In this document: one piece after another, positions 16,937 to 27,199 of the stretch
Layout: each line of letters opens with the position of its first letter
Numbering within the stretch: the first letter of the stretch is position 1
DNA from: a virus
Lineage: Duplodnaviria > Caudoviricetes
Direction: 5' to 3' (one strand)
IMG/VR virus record: IMGVR_UViG_3300021090_000035
Location: 1-47,988 of that record
DNA: 47,988 nucleotides
Program-made: the position numbers and the translations under genes
Notes under the pieces: model-generated
The model's database searches: none
What the model saw: the letters and a program-made list of their open reading frames with translations, nothing else
Told to the model about the DNA's origin: nothing

Positions 16937-17299
16937 ATGAATAAGAATTTGAAACTCGGGCTCGTAATCGGCAGCGTTCTTCTGGTTGCCATTGCGGCCC
17001 TCGGGATGTATCAGTCATCGGGCGGTATCGTTGTCGGATACAGGACCAGCGTTGCCAGCGCGACAACGATGAACCTATCATCCGGGAGCGTATTCAATGT
17101 CACTGGCACCGCAGTCTGCGATAGTATCAGACCCGGTGCTGCGGGCAAAATCGTCTGGCTTGTCAGTGCAAGCACAGATACCTTAACCGATGGAAAGAAC
17201 CTGAAACTTGCTGGCAGTTTCAACGGGACGGCAAGCGATGTCATTTGTCTGGTGAGTGACGGGACAAATTGGATTGAAGTTTCCCGCTCGGTCAACTAA
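16937..17299 (+). CDS. Capsid-adjacent beta-rich protein with N-terminal signal or TM segment
   Basis: SD aaggag; MNKNLKLGLVIGSVLLVAIAALG then beta-rich domain ending SDGTNWIEVSRS. Confidence 0.8.
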   Translation: MNKNLKLGLVIGSVLLVAIAALGMYQSSGGIVVGYRTSVASATTMNLSSGSVFNVTGTAVCDSIRPGAAGKIVWLVSASTDTLTDGKNLKLAGSFNGTASDVICLVSDGTNWIEVSRSVN

Positions 17300-17300
17300 G

Positions 17301-17368
17301 GCTACCTGATGAGTCCATAGCAGGACGAAACGCTTCCTTCGCTCGATGAGTTGGGGAAGCGTCGTAGC
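17301..17368 (+). ncRNA. Type I hammerhead ribozyme
   Basis: Stem I GCTAC/GTAGC, CTGATGA core, stem II GTCC/GGAC, GAAA, stem III CGCTTCCTT/GGGGAAGCG, GTC cleavage triplet 17361-17363. Confidence 0.93.
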
Positions 17369-17406
17369 AGTAAGAGAATGAGTCTTTCTCACAACATGGG
17401 TGACGT

Positions 17407-18411
17407 GTGGCCTCGAAGATCCTAACACCGCCAGCGACATACACGGCAGCAACACGCACGATTTCCAGCGCCACAATGGTTCCCATCTTCGAACTCGCCG
17501 ATCAAACATTCCAGCGACAAGTTATTTTTTGGATTGGGACTGACGTCTATTGGGGACGGGTCGCTACTTTCGTGAGTGTTACAAGTGTAATCTTACTGGT
17601 GGGGGGAAATCTTCCGGCCGGTAACGGATCCATCCTCGGTTTGACGTTACTCGATACCTCAGAGGCGCACACCTATCAGGCGTACAAGGATCAGATTCAA
17701 TCAATGATCAAAGACCTGACGGGAAGCGATGCCAAGCTCACTACTTCTTCAGGCGGGGATATCGAGAAGATCATTGCCCGGTCGATCGGAATCTACAATC
17801 GCGACAAACCCTGGCTTGTCTCCAAAAAGGTGACGGGAAACGCCACGAAGGATTATGTCTTGTCGACGATCTTTGGAAGCCTCTGGACGAATGATTACAG
17901 CTCCATTGACAGAATCGAATCACCTCTTGATCAGCTTCCGGCCGCCTATCTTGAACCGGGCGAATACACGATACATGATGACGGCACCGCCCAAGATGGT
18001 ACGAATCTCAAGCTTCGATTTTATACGCTCATTCCCCCCACGACCGAGTTCTTCAATGTGCGGATCAGAGTAGAACGGGTATTCCCTCCGGCAGGAGTAG
18101 CGAACTATCCCGACACAATGGAAAACTTCACGAACATCACGACACTCTCGGCGGCGCTTGCTTGCGCGGTATTGGCCGCTGTCTATGCCCCGAGCGTCGA
18201 TCAGATGATCAGTCTCGATAATGTCCAACACAACGAGAAAACCCGCAAGTATATGGAACTTGCCAAAATGTATCGTGAGCAGTATAACCTCGCCGTATTC
18301 GGAACAACCGATTCAGAGAAAGCTCTTACACCGGCTTTCGTCGACCATGACGTGGATCTTGAATCAGTTAGCGGCAATAGGCTCATCTTTCACGGCGGGA
18401 GGAACCGGTGA
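17407..18411 (+). CDS. Putative head-tail adaptor with N-terminal extra domain
   Basis: Position after capsid; C-terminal ..K.RKY.ELA..YR..Y helical pattern. Confidence 0.65.
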   Translation: MASKILTPPATYTAATRTISSATMVPIFELADQTFQRQVIFWIGTDVYWGRVATFVSVTSVILLVGGNLPAGNGSILGLTLLDTSEAHTYQAYKDQIQSMIKDLTGSDAKLTTSSGGDIEKIIARSIGIYNRDKPWLVSKKVTGNATKDYVLSTIFGSLWTNDYSSIDRIESPLDQLPAAYLEPGEYTIHDDGTAQDGTNLKLRFYTLIPPTTEFFNVRIRVERVFPPAGVANYPDTMENFTNITTLSAALACAVLAAVYAPSVDQMISLDNVQHNEKTRKYMELAKMYREQYNLAVFGTTDSEKALTPAFVDHDVDLESVSGNRLIFHGGRNR

Positions 18412-18989
18412 GCGGGATTATCAACGTGGAACGGGTCGCGCAGGCTATGAGAGATGAACTGATGGATCAACTCATGGCAATCGGTCTGTCTCTTGAAGGG
18501 GAAGTCAAGCGCAACGCCCCCAAAGCAACGGCATCACTGGCCGGTAGCTTCGTTACTCGGGGGACAGCTACATTGTTCGGAACCGAGGTAAGCGTAGGAT
18601 CTCCGAAGTGGGATCTGTACGGTTCCTATCCAGAATTCGGTACTCGCCCTCATTGGGCTCCGATTGAACCCTTGATTACATGGGTCAGAGAAAAGGGACT
18701 GGCGAAGATGTCTCTTGATGTCAAATTCCCGGAAGGCAAAACGAAGCGTGTGCGTGGTCAGACAACGGCGCTGTATCGTGACCGGAAGATCCGCTCCATT
18801 GCCCGGGCAATTCAAATGAAGATTGCAAAGGTGGGAACTCGTGAACAATTGTATGTCCTCAAGAGCATCACGAATCTCGGGCTTTCTTATCGTCTCGTTG
18901 AACAGGAAGGCAACATGTATTACCTGATCGATCCTTCCTCCATGATGGATGCGAAGGCAACTTGGGATAACATCACCCGGAGAATCTAA
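18408..18989 (+). CDS. HK97 gp10-like neck/tail-completion protein
   Basis: K..AP..T..L..S, Y..Y.EFGTRPHW.PI..L..WV, AI..KIA..GT. Confidence 0.85.
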   Translation: MSGIINVERVAQAMRDELMDQLMAIGLSLEGEVKRNAPKATASLAGSFVTRGTATLFGTEVSVGSPKWDLYGSYPEFGTRPHWAPIEPLITWVREKGLAKMSLDVKFPEGKTKRVRGQTTALYRDRKIRSIARAIQMKIAKVGTREQLYVLKSITNLGLSYRLVEQEGNMYYLIDPSSMMDAKATWDNITRRI

Positions 18990-18992
18990 ACC

Positions 18993-19496
18993 GTGCCGAC
19001 CCTGTATGAAGCGACCCGGGATGAGATCGAAACACAGCTTAATGCCGTTACTGGAATCGGTAAGGTCTACGATAGCCCGAAGTTTGCCACCGACTGGAAG
19101 GAATGGCTTGACCTCCACAAGGCCGCAGATGGAAAGATCAAAGTCGTATGGTTCTCGCTTGAGAGCGTAACCGAAAACCCGCGTGGTGATCTTGGATCGA
19201 CGGAGATCGATGATTTCATTAACTATACGGAGCGAACCGAGGTGTGGGCTATCGAGCAGTACTATGGATTCAAGGACGATGAATCGGCGCCCTCAGATTA
19301 CACTTTTCAGCTTCTTGTGGAAGCGATAGAGACCAAATTCAGGTTCTTGCAGACACTCAACGGGAAATGTCATTTCAGCTTTCCCCTGAACAGGACATTC
19401 TCAGGGCTTTTCATGCTCGGGAACGTGGTACTGTCTCATAAGGCAGAATTCAAACTTAAATTACTTCACAGGATTCAAAACCCTGCGACAGAATAA
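18993..19496 (+). CDS. Putative tail terminator
   Basis: Position between gp10-like gene and tail tube; size. Confidence 0.6.
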   Translation: MPTLYEATRDEIETQLNAVTGIGKVYDSPKFATDWKEWLDLHKAADGKIKVVWFSLESVTENPRGDLGSTEIDDFINYTERTEVWAIEQYYGFKDDESAPSDYTFQLLVEAIETKFRFLQTLNGKCHFSFPLNRTFSGLFMLGNVVLSHKAEFKLKLLHRIQNPATE

Positions 19497-19518
19497 CCAA
19501 TAAGAAAGGAGTCATGAA

Positions 19519-20076
19519 ATGGCTTTAGGAAAAAATCGTCGTCGGATCAACGTCAAGGCAGGGGGAACACTCCTGCTGCGCGAACTCTCTCCAACTCCTA
19601 CCGATGCGTTCTCAGATGCCGGATACATTGAATCGCTTGTCGTAAATGACGAGGCGACGATGATCGACATCCCGGATGCGGAAGGGAATATGATCGAGTA
19701 CTTGTCCGGCCAGCGCCGGGTAGGGCTTGAGATCACCCTGTCGCAGTCATCGAAGGATGAAATCGATGTCATCAAGGATGCGGATGGAAAGTACTACGAT
19801 CTGTTCTATGCCGTGCCATTGGTGAATTTGAGCGAAACGCAGCAGTGGTCGTTTTGCTTGGTAAAATTCAAACCCGGCCCGAATCTGAATTTCGCCGGAG
19901 CCACCAAGCGCACGATCAAGCTCGAGGCCGTTGCGGTTGTTCCGAAGGCGGCTTTCACCCGCACACCGGCGACGTTCAACATCGTTGCTAATCAGCCCTA
20001 TATCACCTATCAGAATGCGACACCCGCAGCCACGCCAACCGATGTAGCGGCTGACATGGCAACGGCGATTATCTAA
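19519..20076 (+). CDS. Putative major tail tube protein 1
   Basis: SD aaggag; position; beta-rich 185 aa; paralog of next gene. Confidence 0.7.
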   Translation: MALGKNRRRINVKAGGTLLLRELSPTPTDAFSDAGYIESLVVNDEATMIDIPDAEGNMIEYLSGQRRVGLEITLSQSSKDEIDVIKDADGKYYDLFYAVPLVNLSETQQWSFCLVKFKPGPNLNFAGATKRTIKLEAVAVVPKAAFTRTPATFNIVANQPYITYQNATPAATPTDVAADMATAII

Positions 20077-20102
20077 CCCGCGAAGAAAAGGACGAGTGAA
20101 AT

Positions 20103-21260
20103 ATGGCCCTCCAAAAACTACGGACGCGGATCTTCGTTCACGGCCTCGGGACATTGCAGGTGCGTGAGGTGGATCCGACACCGGCAACAAGCTTCTCGGA
20201 TGTCGGCTACCTGAAGAATTTCGTCTTAAACGATGGCTCCGATATGGTTGATATCGTGACCGACAACGGACACATGGCCGAATACCTGAGACAGAAGCAA
20301 AAGGTCATGGTCGATGCGAATCTGTTTCAACTCGGAGAGGACGAAATCAACCTCCTCAAGAATGCCGATGGGAAACAGTACGCAATGCGATATCATGGAC
20401 TGGCACATAATGCACTATTCCAGTATTTCGCATTCGACAATATCAAACTCAACCCATCGTTGAATATGCAATTCCAACCCGGGGAGAGGTTGATTCCGTT
20501 GAATTCTGTTGCCGTGTTTCAGGATCTGGCCTATGATATCCCTTTGTACTACAACATCGATGCGATGAAGGAGATGAGCCTCAATAATCTCTCTCTCTGG
20601 GTTGTTGCATCATTAGGGAAAAACGTGGGCACGGCGAAGCTTCTTGATATTTCTGGCTTCGGGCGGCACGGGACGATCAACTCCGATTTTGCCACCATCT
20701 GGCAAGCCGGAACGCCCACCCGATTCTTGAGACTTGATGGAGTGAACGATCAGGTTGACTTCGGGAACATTCTGACGATGAATGCGACCGATGACTTCCT
20801 ATTCGAGATATGGGTGAGAATCCAGGGAGCGGATGGGTCGGCGCAGGAGATCTTCTCGAAAAAGGCCGACGATGTTCACACAGATGGTTACCGGCTCGTT
20901 CGGGATGCGTCCAATAACCTGAGCTTCAAGCTTTCTGATGGGGCCGCCTCGGCAACGGTTGTAAGCGCAGCGACGCAACTTCAAAACGTATGGAAGAAGA
21001 TCGCCGTTGCAGTAGATCGGAATGGCAACGGACAGGTTTACGTGAATGGTGTAGCCAGTGGTGCGCCGGTGAGCGTTGCAGCGATCGCAGATTCCACCTC
21101 AACCGATAGCCTCATCATGGGAAAGCTATCAACGGGATTCGGGCAGATTGATTTCGATGATTTCCGTGTCCATAACTACGGAGCGGGGGGATTACCAAGC
21201 GATGTTGCTACGATAGCGCTGAACCATTACAACGCCCAGAAAGCAAAGTACGGACTCTAA
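20103..21260 (+). CDS. Tail tube paralog 2 fused to LamG/concanavalin A-like domain
   Basis: N-terminus aligns with 19519 gene; C-domain LLDISG.G.HGT, LDGVND.V, W..IAV..DR, VYVNG, G..DD.RV.N. Confidence 0.78.
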   Translation: MALQKLRTRIFVHGLGTLQVREVDPTPATSFSDVGYLKNFVLNDGSDMVDIVTDNGHMAEYLRQKQKVMVDANLFQLGEDEINLLKNADGKQYAMRYHGLAHNALFQYFAFDNIKLNPSLNMQFQPGERLIPLNSVAVFQDLAYDIPLYYNIDAMKEMSLNNLSLWVVASLGKNVGTAKLLDISGFGRHGTINSDFATIWQAGTPTRFLRLDGVNDQVDFGNILTMNATDDFLFEIWVRIQGADGSAQEIFSKKADDVHTDGYRLVRDASNNLSFKLSDGAASATVVSAATQLQNVWKKIAVAVDRNGNGQVYVNGVASGAPVSVAAIADSTSTDSLIMGKLSTGFGQIDFDDFRVHNYGAGGLPSDVATIALNHYNAQKAKYGL

Positions 21261-21273
21261 AGGAGGGTGATTC

Positions 21274-21561
21274 ATGAATAAGTACATCTATGGCCCGGTC
21301 GCACTCTTGACCGAATGGCTGCCGGGCTTTGACCGAAGAAATGATGTCCGGTTTTCACTCGATAAGGAAAACGCAATTGTCGAAGTGAAACAGTCCGACA
21401 GCGAGGCTGTGAAAACCGTACCCGATGGTTTGGAGGTTCTCACCGCAGGTGAAGCATCCACAAAATGCAAGACATCGGAATTTCATCTCATCGTCAACGG
21501 AGAGAACACGGCGGATATCCCGCCTTCATCCAGACGCCATAGAGGGAGGAACGCCGATTGA
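21274..21561 (+). CDS. Hypothetical tail-region protein
   Basis: Strong SD aaggaggg. Confidence 0.75.
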   Translation: MNKYIYGPVALLTEWLPGFDRRNDVRFSLDKENAIVEVKQSDSEAVKTVPDGLEVLTAGEASTKCKTSEFHLIVNGENTADIPPSSRRHRGRNAD

Positions 21562-22037
21562 CACGATATACAATATCCGGCGTTGAGGTCTATCAGGATG
21601 AATTGACATTCGAGGAGTTTGAATGCGCGAAGAAGATCCTCAAGGAACGCAAGGACATTTTTAAGGGAGAAGTACAGAAGTTCGGGCAGGCTCTGGATGA
21701 ATTGCACGAATCAGGTGCTCTGAAAGAACTCGTTCCAATTATTCTCAGGCGTTATGAACCCCATATCTGGAACCGGTGGGCGAATGACAAGGCATTGAAC
21801 CGCCTCGGGGTAACCTTCGATGACTTCATTAAGAAAATCAAGGGGACCGATCTTGCGCGGGTGATGACAGATTTTTTTTTGCTCAACATCGCTTGGACAT
21901 CGAACTTGCTGATTTTACCCGAGAGCTCGAACTCGAATGGGAAGATAATGAAGGGGAAGAACCGTACAAGTTTAAGGAACTGGTTTATCACCTGGCGAAA
22001 CAAAATCTTCTCGAGGCGGATCGGATTCAACGCATGA
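21558..22037 (+). CDS. Tail assembly chaperone (gpG-like)
   Basis: Position before tape measure; contains T9 slippery site. Confidence 0.75.
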   Translation: MTRYTISGVEVYQDELTFEEFECAKKILKERKDIFKGEVQKFGQALDELHESGALKELVPIILRRYEPHIWNRWANDKALNRLGVTFDDFIKKIKGTDLARVMTDFFLLNIAWTSNLLILPESSNSNGKIMKGKNRTSLRNWFITWRNKIFSRRIGFNA

Positions 22038-22135
22038 AAGCCCGCAAGGTATATCCCTGGCTCTTGCTCGTGGAAAAGCAGGGTCAACGCATCCGCAAAA
22101 AGATGAAGGAGGAGGAATCATTCTCCGGTGCCTAA
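21872..22135 (+). other. Programmed -1 frameshift site (T TTT TTT) and gpGT-like extension
   Basis: GAT TTT TTT TTG at 21870-21881; -1 frame open from the slip site to TAA 22135. Confidence 0.82.
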
Positions 22136-25100
22136 CACAATCGGTGAAATCGCCGCTCGGATGGTCATCGATGACGAAAGCGCAATACAAAAACTGCGTC
22201 AAGTCAATGCCCTTAGTGCAATCACTCAGAAAACCTTCCAGGAATTAGCCGCAGAAGGAAAGCGCCTCTCCGCATCCCTCCAGACTTTGGGTCAGGGTGA
22301 TCTCGGTCAACCACAGATCGCACTCGTCGCCAAAACATGGAAAGAATTCGTCGGCGAACGAATGGGTTCCTACATGAAACAATTTGGGAGTCATGGCGCT
22401 GCCATTAAGCAAATCGCAAAAGAGTGGGAAGTCTATAAAGCAAGCCTCCAGGGGACGGAGGTCGCCCTCAAATCCACGACAGCAGCTATCGGTACAGAAG
22501 CACAAGCCGCAAAATCCTTCACAGTAACAATTAACAGGCAAACCTCCGAGCAAGAAATATCCACCGCAGCAACGCGGGAAAGCGAAGCCGCTGCGGAGCG
22601 ATATAGACAGGAACTCATGCGGCTTGCAGAAGTTCGGCGTGATGAAATAAACCTGACAAAGGCCTCTGGACAGGCGACACAGACCACCGTAACCGAAGAA
22701 TCATCGGCGATCATGCGAGAGATTGGGATCGTTGAGCAGCTTCAAGTCAACTTGAGAGATCTCGCCCTTGCACGGGAGGCGGCCACAGATCCGGCACAGG
22801 TTGCACAACTGAACGCCGAATATGCCACGACTAAGCAACGTCTCGATGAAGTTACCAACAGAGGTCTCGGCGGCATGCGAACGGAGATGCGTCGCTCACG
22901 CGAGGAAATCAATCGTGGGTCTCAAGCCTTGTTCGGTCTTGTATTCCTTTTGAATACGATTGATGGGTCAGCCGCCACAGGTGAAATGGGAAAGATTCGG
23001 GCCTCCATCACTCAAAGCGCACAGGCGGCAATCGGACTTGTGTTCACGCTGCAACTAATGGGCGGAGCCGCTGCCGGTATGGCCTTACCGATCGGAATAG
23101 CGGTGGGCGCGATAACGCTCATAACTTCTCTTATCAGCGCACAAAATAAGGTTGCTCAGGAAGCAGCCGATGAGGGCTTGAAGGAATACACGGATCTTCT
23201 GGAGAAGATCCCGCGCGAGAGCCTGCCGGTAGTGCGTTTCGATGTGAAGTCTGAAATTGCCCGTGTCAAGACGGAACTGGGTTCACTACATGAAACGATT
23301 CGGGGTCGCGGGTCATTGGTAGGAGATGAGGAAAAGAGAGCAATCATTATAGCAAGAGATAGAGTGGCGATTCTTGAAACAGAACTCGAACGCCTGGAAG
23401 CGCGTCTTGAAACGACATCCGATACGATTGAAGCCGAGCGTGTCTTGGCACAGGAACGAGCCACGACAGAGCGGGTGACGCAAGAACGGCTCCCGGTTAT
23501 TGAGGCCATAAATACACGGATAGCGAAACTGAAAGAAGAACAGCTCACGATCGACAAGGACATGCCCGGGGCGATGGGAATGATTCAGGAGAAAAGCAAT
23601 CAAATCGCCGCCGCACAGAAAGAACTTGCCGATGCCACACGAACTACCACGGAGCAATTCGAGGATCAAATCGCGTTCGAGGAGAAACTACTTTCCCTGA
23701 ACATGGAATCGGTTGATCAGATGGAGGAGAGCTTAAAACTGATGCAGTCTCAAACCGATGACGAGGAATTGAAACTCGACATTCAGACGAAAATCAATGG
23801 ACTCACCGGGCTTCGGATGGGGCTACTTCAAGAGGAACTTCGCGCCGGGCGATTGACCAATGAACAATATGAGGAGCGCCTTCGTTCACTCTCACGCACG
23901 ACGAACCAATTGAAAGATCAGATTGCTATCAGTTCAGAATTGGCCAGACTCGGACAAGAGGGAATAAGTATCACCGAATCTCGCATCGCGTTGGGCGAGA
24001 CACAAACGGAAGATCTGATAAATGAACTTGTGCAGCTTTACGCAATAACTGATGAACAGGGCAAACAGGTTCTGTCTGAGAAAGAACTCCTCGGGATTCG
24101 CGTAAAGATACTCGAGCTCCAGAAGGCTCAAGAGGAAGCCGAGAAGAAGCGCACCGAAGAAGTGGAAAAGGCGGCGCTTGTCGGAATTGCGAATCTGACC
24201 GATCGCGCTCTTGCTGAGGAAGATCTCCGGCATAAGACGGCCCTAAAGAATCTCGATGAACGGGTGAAGGTCGAACAAGAAGCCGGGACACTCACCGCCG
24301 AACGACAACGGGGATATGATTCGCTTCGGCTTTCCGAGAACATGAAAAACGAGGACACTCTTTTCAACATCCGAACCCAACACGAGCAAGGGTTAGCAGA
24401 TTTACGGATCGCGCTTATTCCCACAGAAGAAGGGCAAATACGGGCACGGTTCGATGAAGATATGAAACGCCTGCAGGAATTGCATAATCGTAAAGTCCTG
24501 AATGATGTTGAATTCGATCTCCAGAAGCGCAACCTCGAAAAAGAAACAAACGATCAATTGATCGATCTGGATCAGAAGCGTTTCGTGGAAATGATCTCGG
24601 CGCTTGATATGGTCGGAAATGTGTTGCATAGAGCTTTTAATACTGGCGGGGATGACCTGATCCAAAAGATGCTCGGTGCTCTCCAAATTGCTATGCAGAT
24701 AGCCAAGACGATGCAAGCCATGTCGGCCGGAACAATGTCGGGGCCCGCGGGTTTCCTCGGTATTTTCGGAAGTCTCCTGGGTTTTGCTGCGCTGGCTGAA
24801 GGTGGAAAAATCCCGGATGGTTCTTACGTGGTGAACGAGAAGCAATCGGCAAAACACGCCGACCTTCTGGATGCTCTTGGAGCATCGACGATAAGAGGTG
24901 GAGAACCGCACAAGGATTCAGTGCCGGCAAAGACAGCTGGAGGGAAGAATGTTCTCTTGACTCCTGGGGAACGAGTGTTGCCGCCAGAACTCGCCATGAT
25001 TGCCGAGGCATTGAACAGGGGAGAAATCTCCGAAGAAAGATCGGTCATGTTGGCCGACATCTTCTCTCAAGAAGGATCGAAAAGCCCGTCATCAACCGGT

Positions 25101-25520
25101 GATCGTGCGCTCATGGAAACATTGAGAAAGCTGATGTCCACAAGTCCGCTCAAGATTTCGCCGTTGGCCTTTGCTACCGGAGGGCAAGTCTCAACCGGAT
25201 CGAACATGAGGAAACGGTCGGCTTCTCTGAGTGAACTTGTAAGCATAAACGCACGGGGGAGCTTAGTGGATTTCTCCAGATCAACGACTGGATTCAGGGA
25301 TATCAAATATGCGGGCCCCGATCTCTCGCCCCTCATATCAGAGATACGGGGGTTGAGACAGGATAATGTATTATTGCGTCAGGCTATTACTGCCATTGAG
25401 CTTTCGGCGAGTGGGCCATTGGAAGTCAAGGGATCGGTTGATATTTCTAATGGGGAAATGTTCCTGCGAAAAGAAATGCCGAATTATGAGGACTTTAGGA
25501 CAAAGAAGGTGATCGATTGA
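22128..25520 (+). CDS. Tape measure protein
   Basis: 1130 aa, helical E/A/L/R-rich, hydrophobic segments, DSVPA..LTPGE.V and FATGG motifs. Confidence 0.92.
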   Translation: MPNTIGEIAARMVIDDESAIQKLRQVNALSAITQKTFQELAAEGKRLSASLQTLGQGDLGQPQIALVAKTWKEFVGERMGSYMKQFGSHGAAIKQIAKEWEVYKASLQGTEVALKSTTAAIGTEAQAAKSFTVTINRQTSEQEISTAATRESEAAAERYRQELMRLAEVRRDEINLTKASGQATQTTVTEESSAIMREIGIVEQLQVNLRDLALAREAATDPAQVAQLNAEYATTKQRLDEVTNRGLGGMRTEMRRSREEINRGSQALFGLVFLLNTIDGSAATGEMGKIRASITQSAQAAIGLVFTLQLMGGAAAGMALPIGIAVGAITLITSLISAQNKVAQEAADEGLKEYTDLLEKIPRESLPVVRFDVKSEIARVKTELGSLHETIRGRGSLVGDEEKRAIIIARDRVAILETELERLEARLETTSDTIEAERVLAQERATTERVTQERLPVIEAINTRIAKLKEEQLTIDKDMPGAMGMIQEKSNQIAAAQKELADATRTTTEQFEDQIAFEEKLLSLNMESVDQMEESLKLMQSQTDDEELKLDIQTKINGLTGLRMGLLQEELRAGRLTNEQYEERLRSLSRTTNQLKDQIAISSELARLGQEGISITESRIALGETQTEDLINELVQLYAITDEQGKQVLSEKELLGIRVKILELQKAQEEAEKKRTEEVEKAALVGIANLTDRALAEEDLRHKTALKNLDERVKVEQEAGTLTAERQRGYDSLRLSENMKNEDTLFNIRTQHEQGLADLRIALIPTEEGQIRARFDEDMKRLQELHNRKVLNDVEFDLQKRNLEKETNDQLIDLDQKRFVEMISALDMVGNVLHRAFNTGGDDLIQKMLGALQIAMQIAKTMQAMSAGTMSGPAGFLGIFGSLLGFAALAEGGKIPDGSYVVNEKQSAKHADLLDALGASTIRGGEPHKDSVPAKTAGGKNVLLTPGERVLPPELAMIAEALNRGEISEERSVMLADIFSQEGSKSPSSTGDRALMETLRKLMSTSPLKISPLAFATGGQVSTGSNMRKRSASLSELVSINARGSLVDFSRSTTGFRDIKYAGPDLSPLISEIRGLRQDNVLLRQAITAIELSASGPLEVKGSVDISNGEMFLRKEMPNYEDFRTKKVID

Positions 25521-27199
25521 ATATCACACTCTCAAAATTAGGAGAGTCGGAGTTCGATATCACCGATCGCTTCATAGAAAAAAGTGAAACGACCGTGGCG
25601 CAGGAAAGCGAACGGGCAACATTTCAGCGCTCCGTTGATAACGTCAAGGCGGTTTTCTCCGATATCGATTATTATTTTTCCAACCTGTTCAAATCCGTTC
25701 CCGCATCAACGATATGGGTATTGAGTATCTACGAAGAAGGTCGGAGAATTTATCGGGGCTTTGTAAACAAGGATTCCATCACTCTGAAAGTCAAGGGTGA
25801 AACCGTAGCAATGGACTCATTCTCCATTACCCGGGAATTTATCGAGAGGGCGAAACAGGTCAAGAAAAGCTTCATGCAAGCCATTGAGGGAGATCGGGAT
25901 AATGATTATTTCACACTCGAGTATGTTCTGACCTGGCAACTCTCGGGCAATGGTCGCGATGATAATCCGTTTGATGGCTTGTTCGATGGGTTTGATCTTG
26001 GGGGATATGAGGATCGCCAGATCAGGTCCAGTCATATTTCCGATGATCCGGACATCGGGAATGAAACGCGGTTCATAAATCTGATGTCCGATACGACAAT
26101 GGATGAATTACTCCAGGCAATGGCCCGATATTACAACGCGGAATTTTTTATCGATCCTGAGACTTTGAAATTTACGATGAGACAGCGCAACATTGTGTTG
26201 AATGACCGCGCAGTCACCGAAGGACTGAAGCTTGAGGACGTACTGAAGGAAGATTCCGAACCGGAAATCGTTCTCTATGACAAAGACACCTTTGATTACG
26301 TGAAACTTGATCTGGGTAATATCATTCCACCGAAATTGGAGTACGTATCCGAACAGGCGCTTCCTCCCGGCGCTGGAATACCGGGAATACCTCGGCAAGG
26401 GAATATCCTATATGGCATGACCGTGGAATTCGATAACTACGAAACCGTGAGCGGCCCACTGCTTGATATTATGTTCTACTTTTCAGCGTTCCCGCCGCCA
26501 GTGGACAGGGCACACCCGGACAGGATATACATCCCGGTCGAACCATTGGGCGGTAGGACGATTATCAGGCTCAATATACCGGCCTATACCGAACACGGCG
26601 GAGTGCGGCGTCGGCATATCTACAGGAACGATTCGACGATCGCAGGAGCAGGAAACGATCTGCGCCGACTGGCAATCGTTGAGGGAAATAATGCCCTTCA
26701 TTACGACGATAACGTGTTCAACATTTACATTCCCGGGGATGAGTTCGCAATTTATTATACTTTACCAACAGAGCAGAAGTCATTTGGGATGTGGGTACGG
26801 TACGATGAGACAACTGGTTTATGGAGCGATCCGATCGTAAGCCTGGATGAAGGCAGGGCCGTCCCCAGGGGGAGGATTTTCACCGTCGATCCGAAGCTTC
26901 GTTTTCGTTCTGCCGTAACACCAAGTGAACAGCTTGATTCCTATTGGGGATATACCCGGGATTTCTTCGGCAACGAGAGCTTCACTCAGACGATCCGGGA
27001 GCAATGGAAGGATTTGTTTAGAACCAAGCGCCGGGTGCGGTGCGCAGTGAGTGGACTCAACTACCGTGTCGGTGATTCCATGATATCGGCTGGACAGATT
27101 GTACCGAATGATTATACACCGGATTCCAGATTGCTTATTAAGCGGGCGGGGAATCAACTCATCTCTGAGGTAACGCAACTGGAAATGCTTACGATATGA
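25517..27199 (+). CDS. Putative tail tip/baseplate hub protein
   Basis: Directly after the tape measure; 560 aa. Confidence 0.6.
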   Translation: MNITLSKLGESEFDITDRFIEKSETTVAQESERATFQRSVDNVKAVFSDIDYYFSNLFKSVPASTIWVLSIYEEGRRIYRGFVNKDSITLKVKGETVAMDSFSITREFIERAKQVKKSFMQAIEGDRDNDYFTLEYVLTWQLSGNGRDDNPFDGLFDGFDLGGYEDRQIRSSHISDDPDIGNETRFINLMSDTTMDELLQAMARYYNAEFFIDPETLKFTMRQRNIVLNDRAVTEGLKLEDVLKEDSEPEIVLYDKDTFDYVKLDLGNIIPPKLEYVSEQALPPGAGIPGIPRQGNILYGMTVEFDNYETVSGPLLDIMFYFSAFPPPVDRAHPDRIYIPVEPLGGRTIIRLNIPAYTEHGGVRRRHIYRNDSTIAGAGNDLRRLAIVEGNNALHYDDNVFNIYIPGDEFAIYYTLPTEQKSFGMWVRYDETTGLWSDPIVSLDEGRAVPRGRIFTVDPKLRFRSAVTPSEQLDSYWGYTRDFFGNESFTQTIREQWKDLFRTKRRVRCAVSGLNYRVGDSMISAGQIVPNDYTPDSRLLIKRAGNQLISEVTQLEMLTI

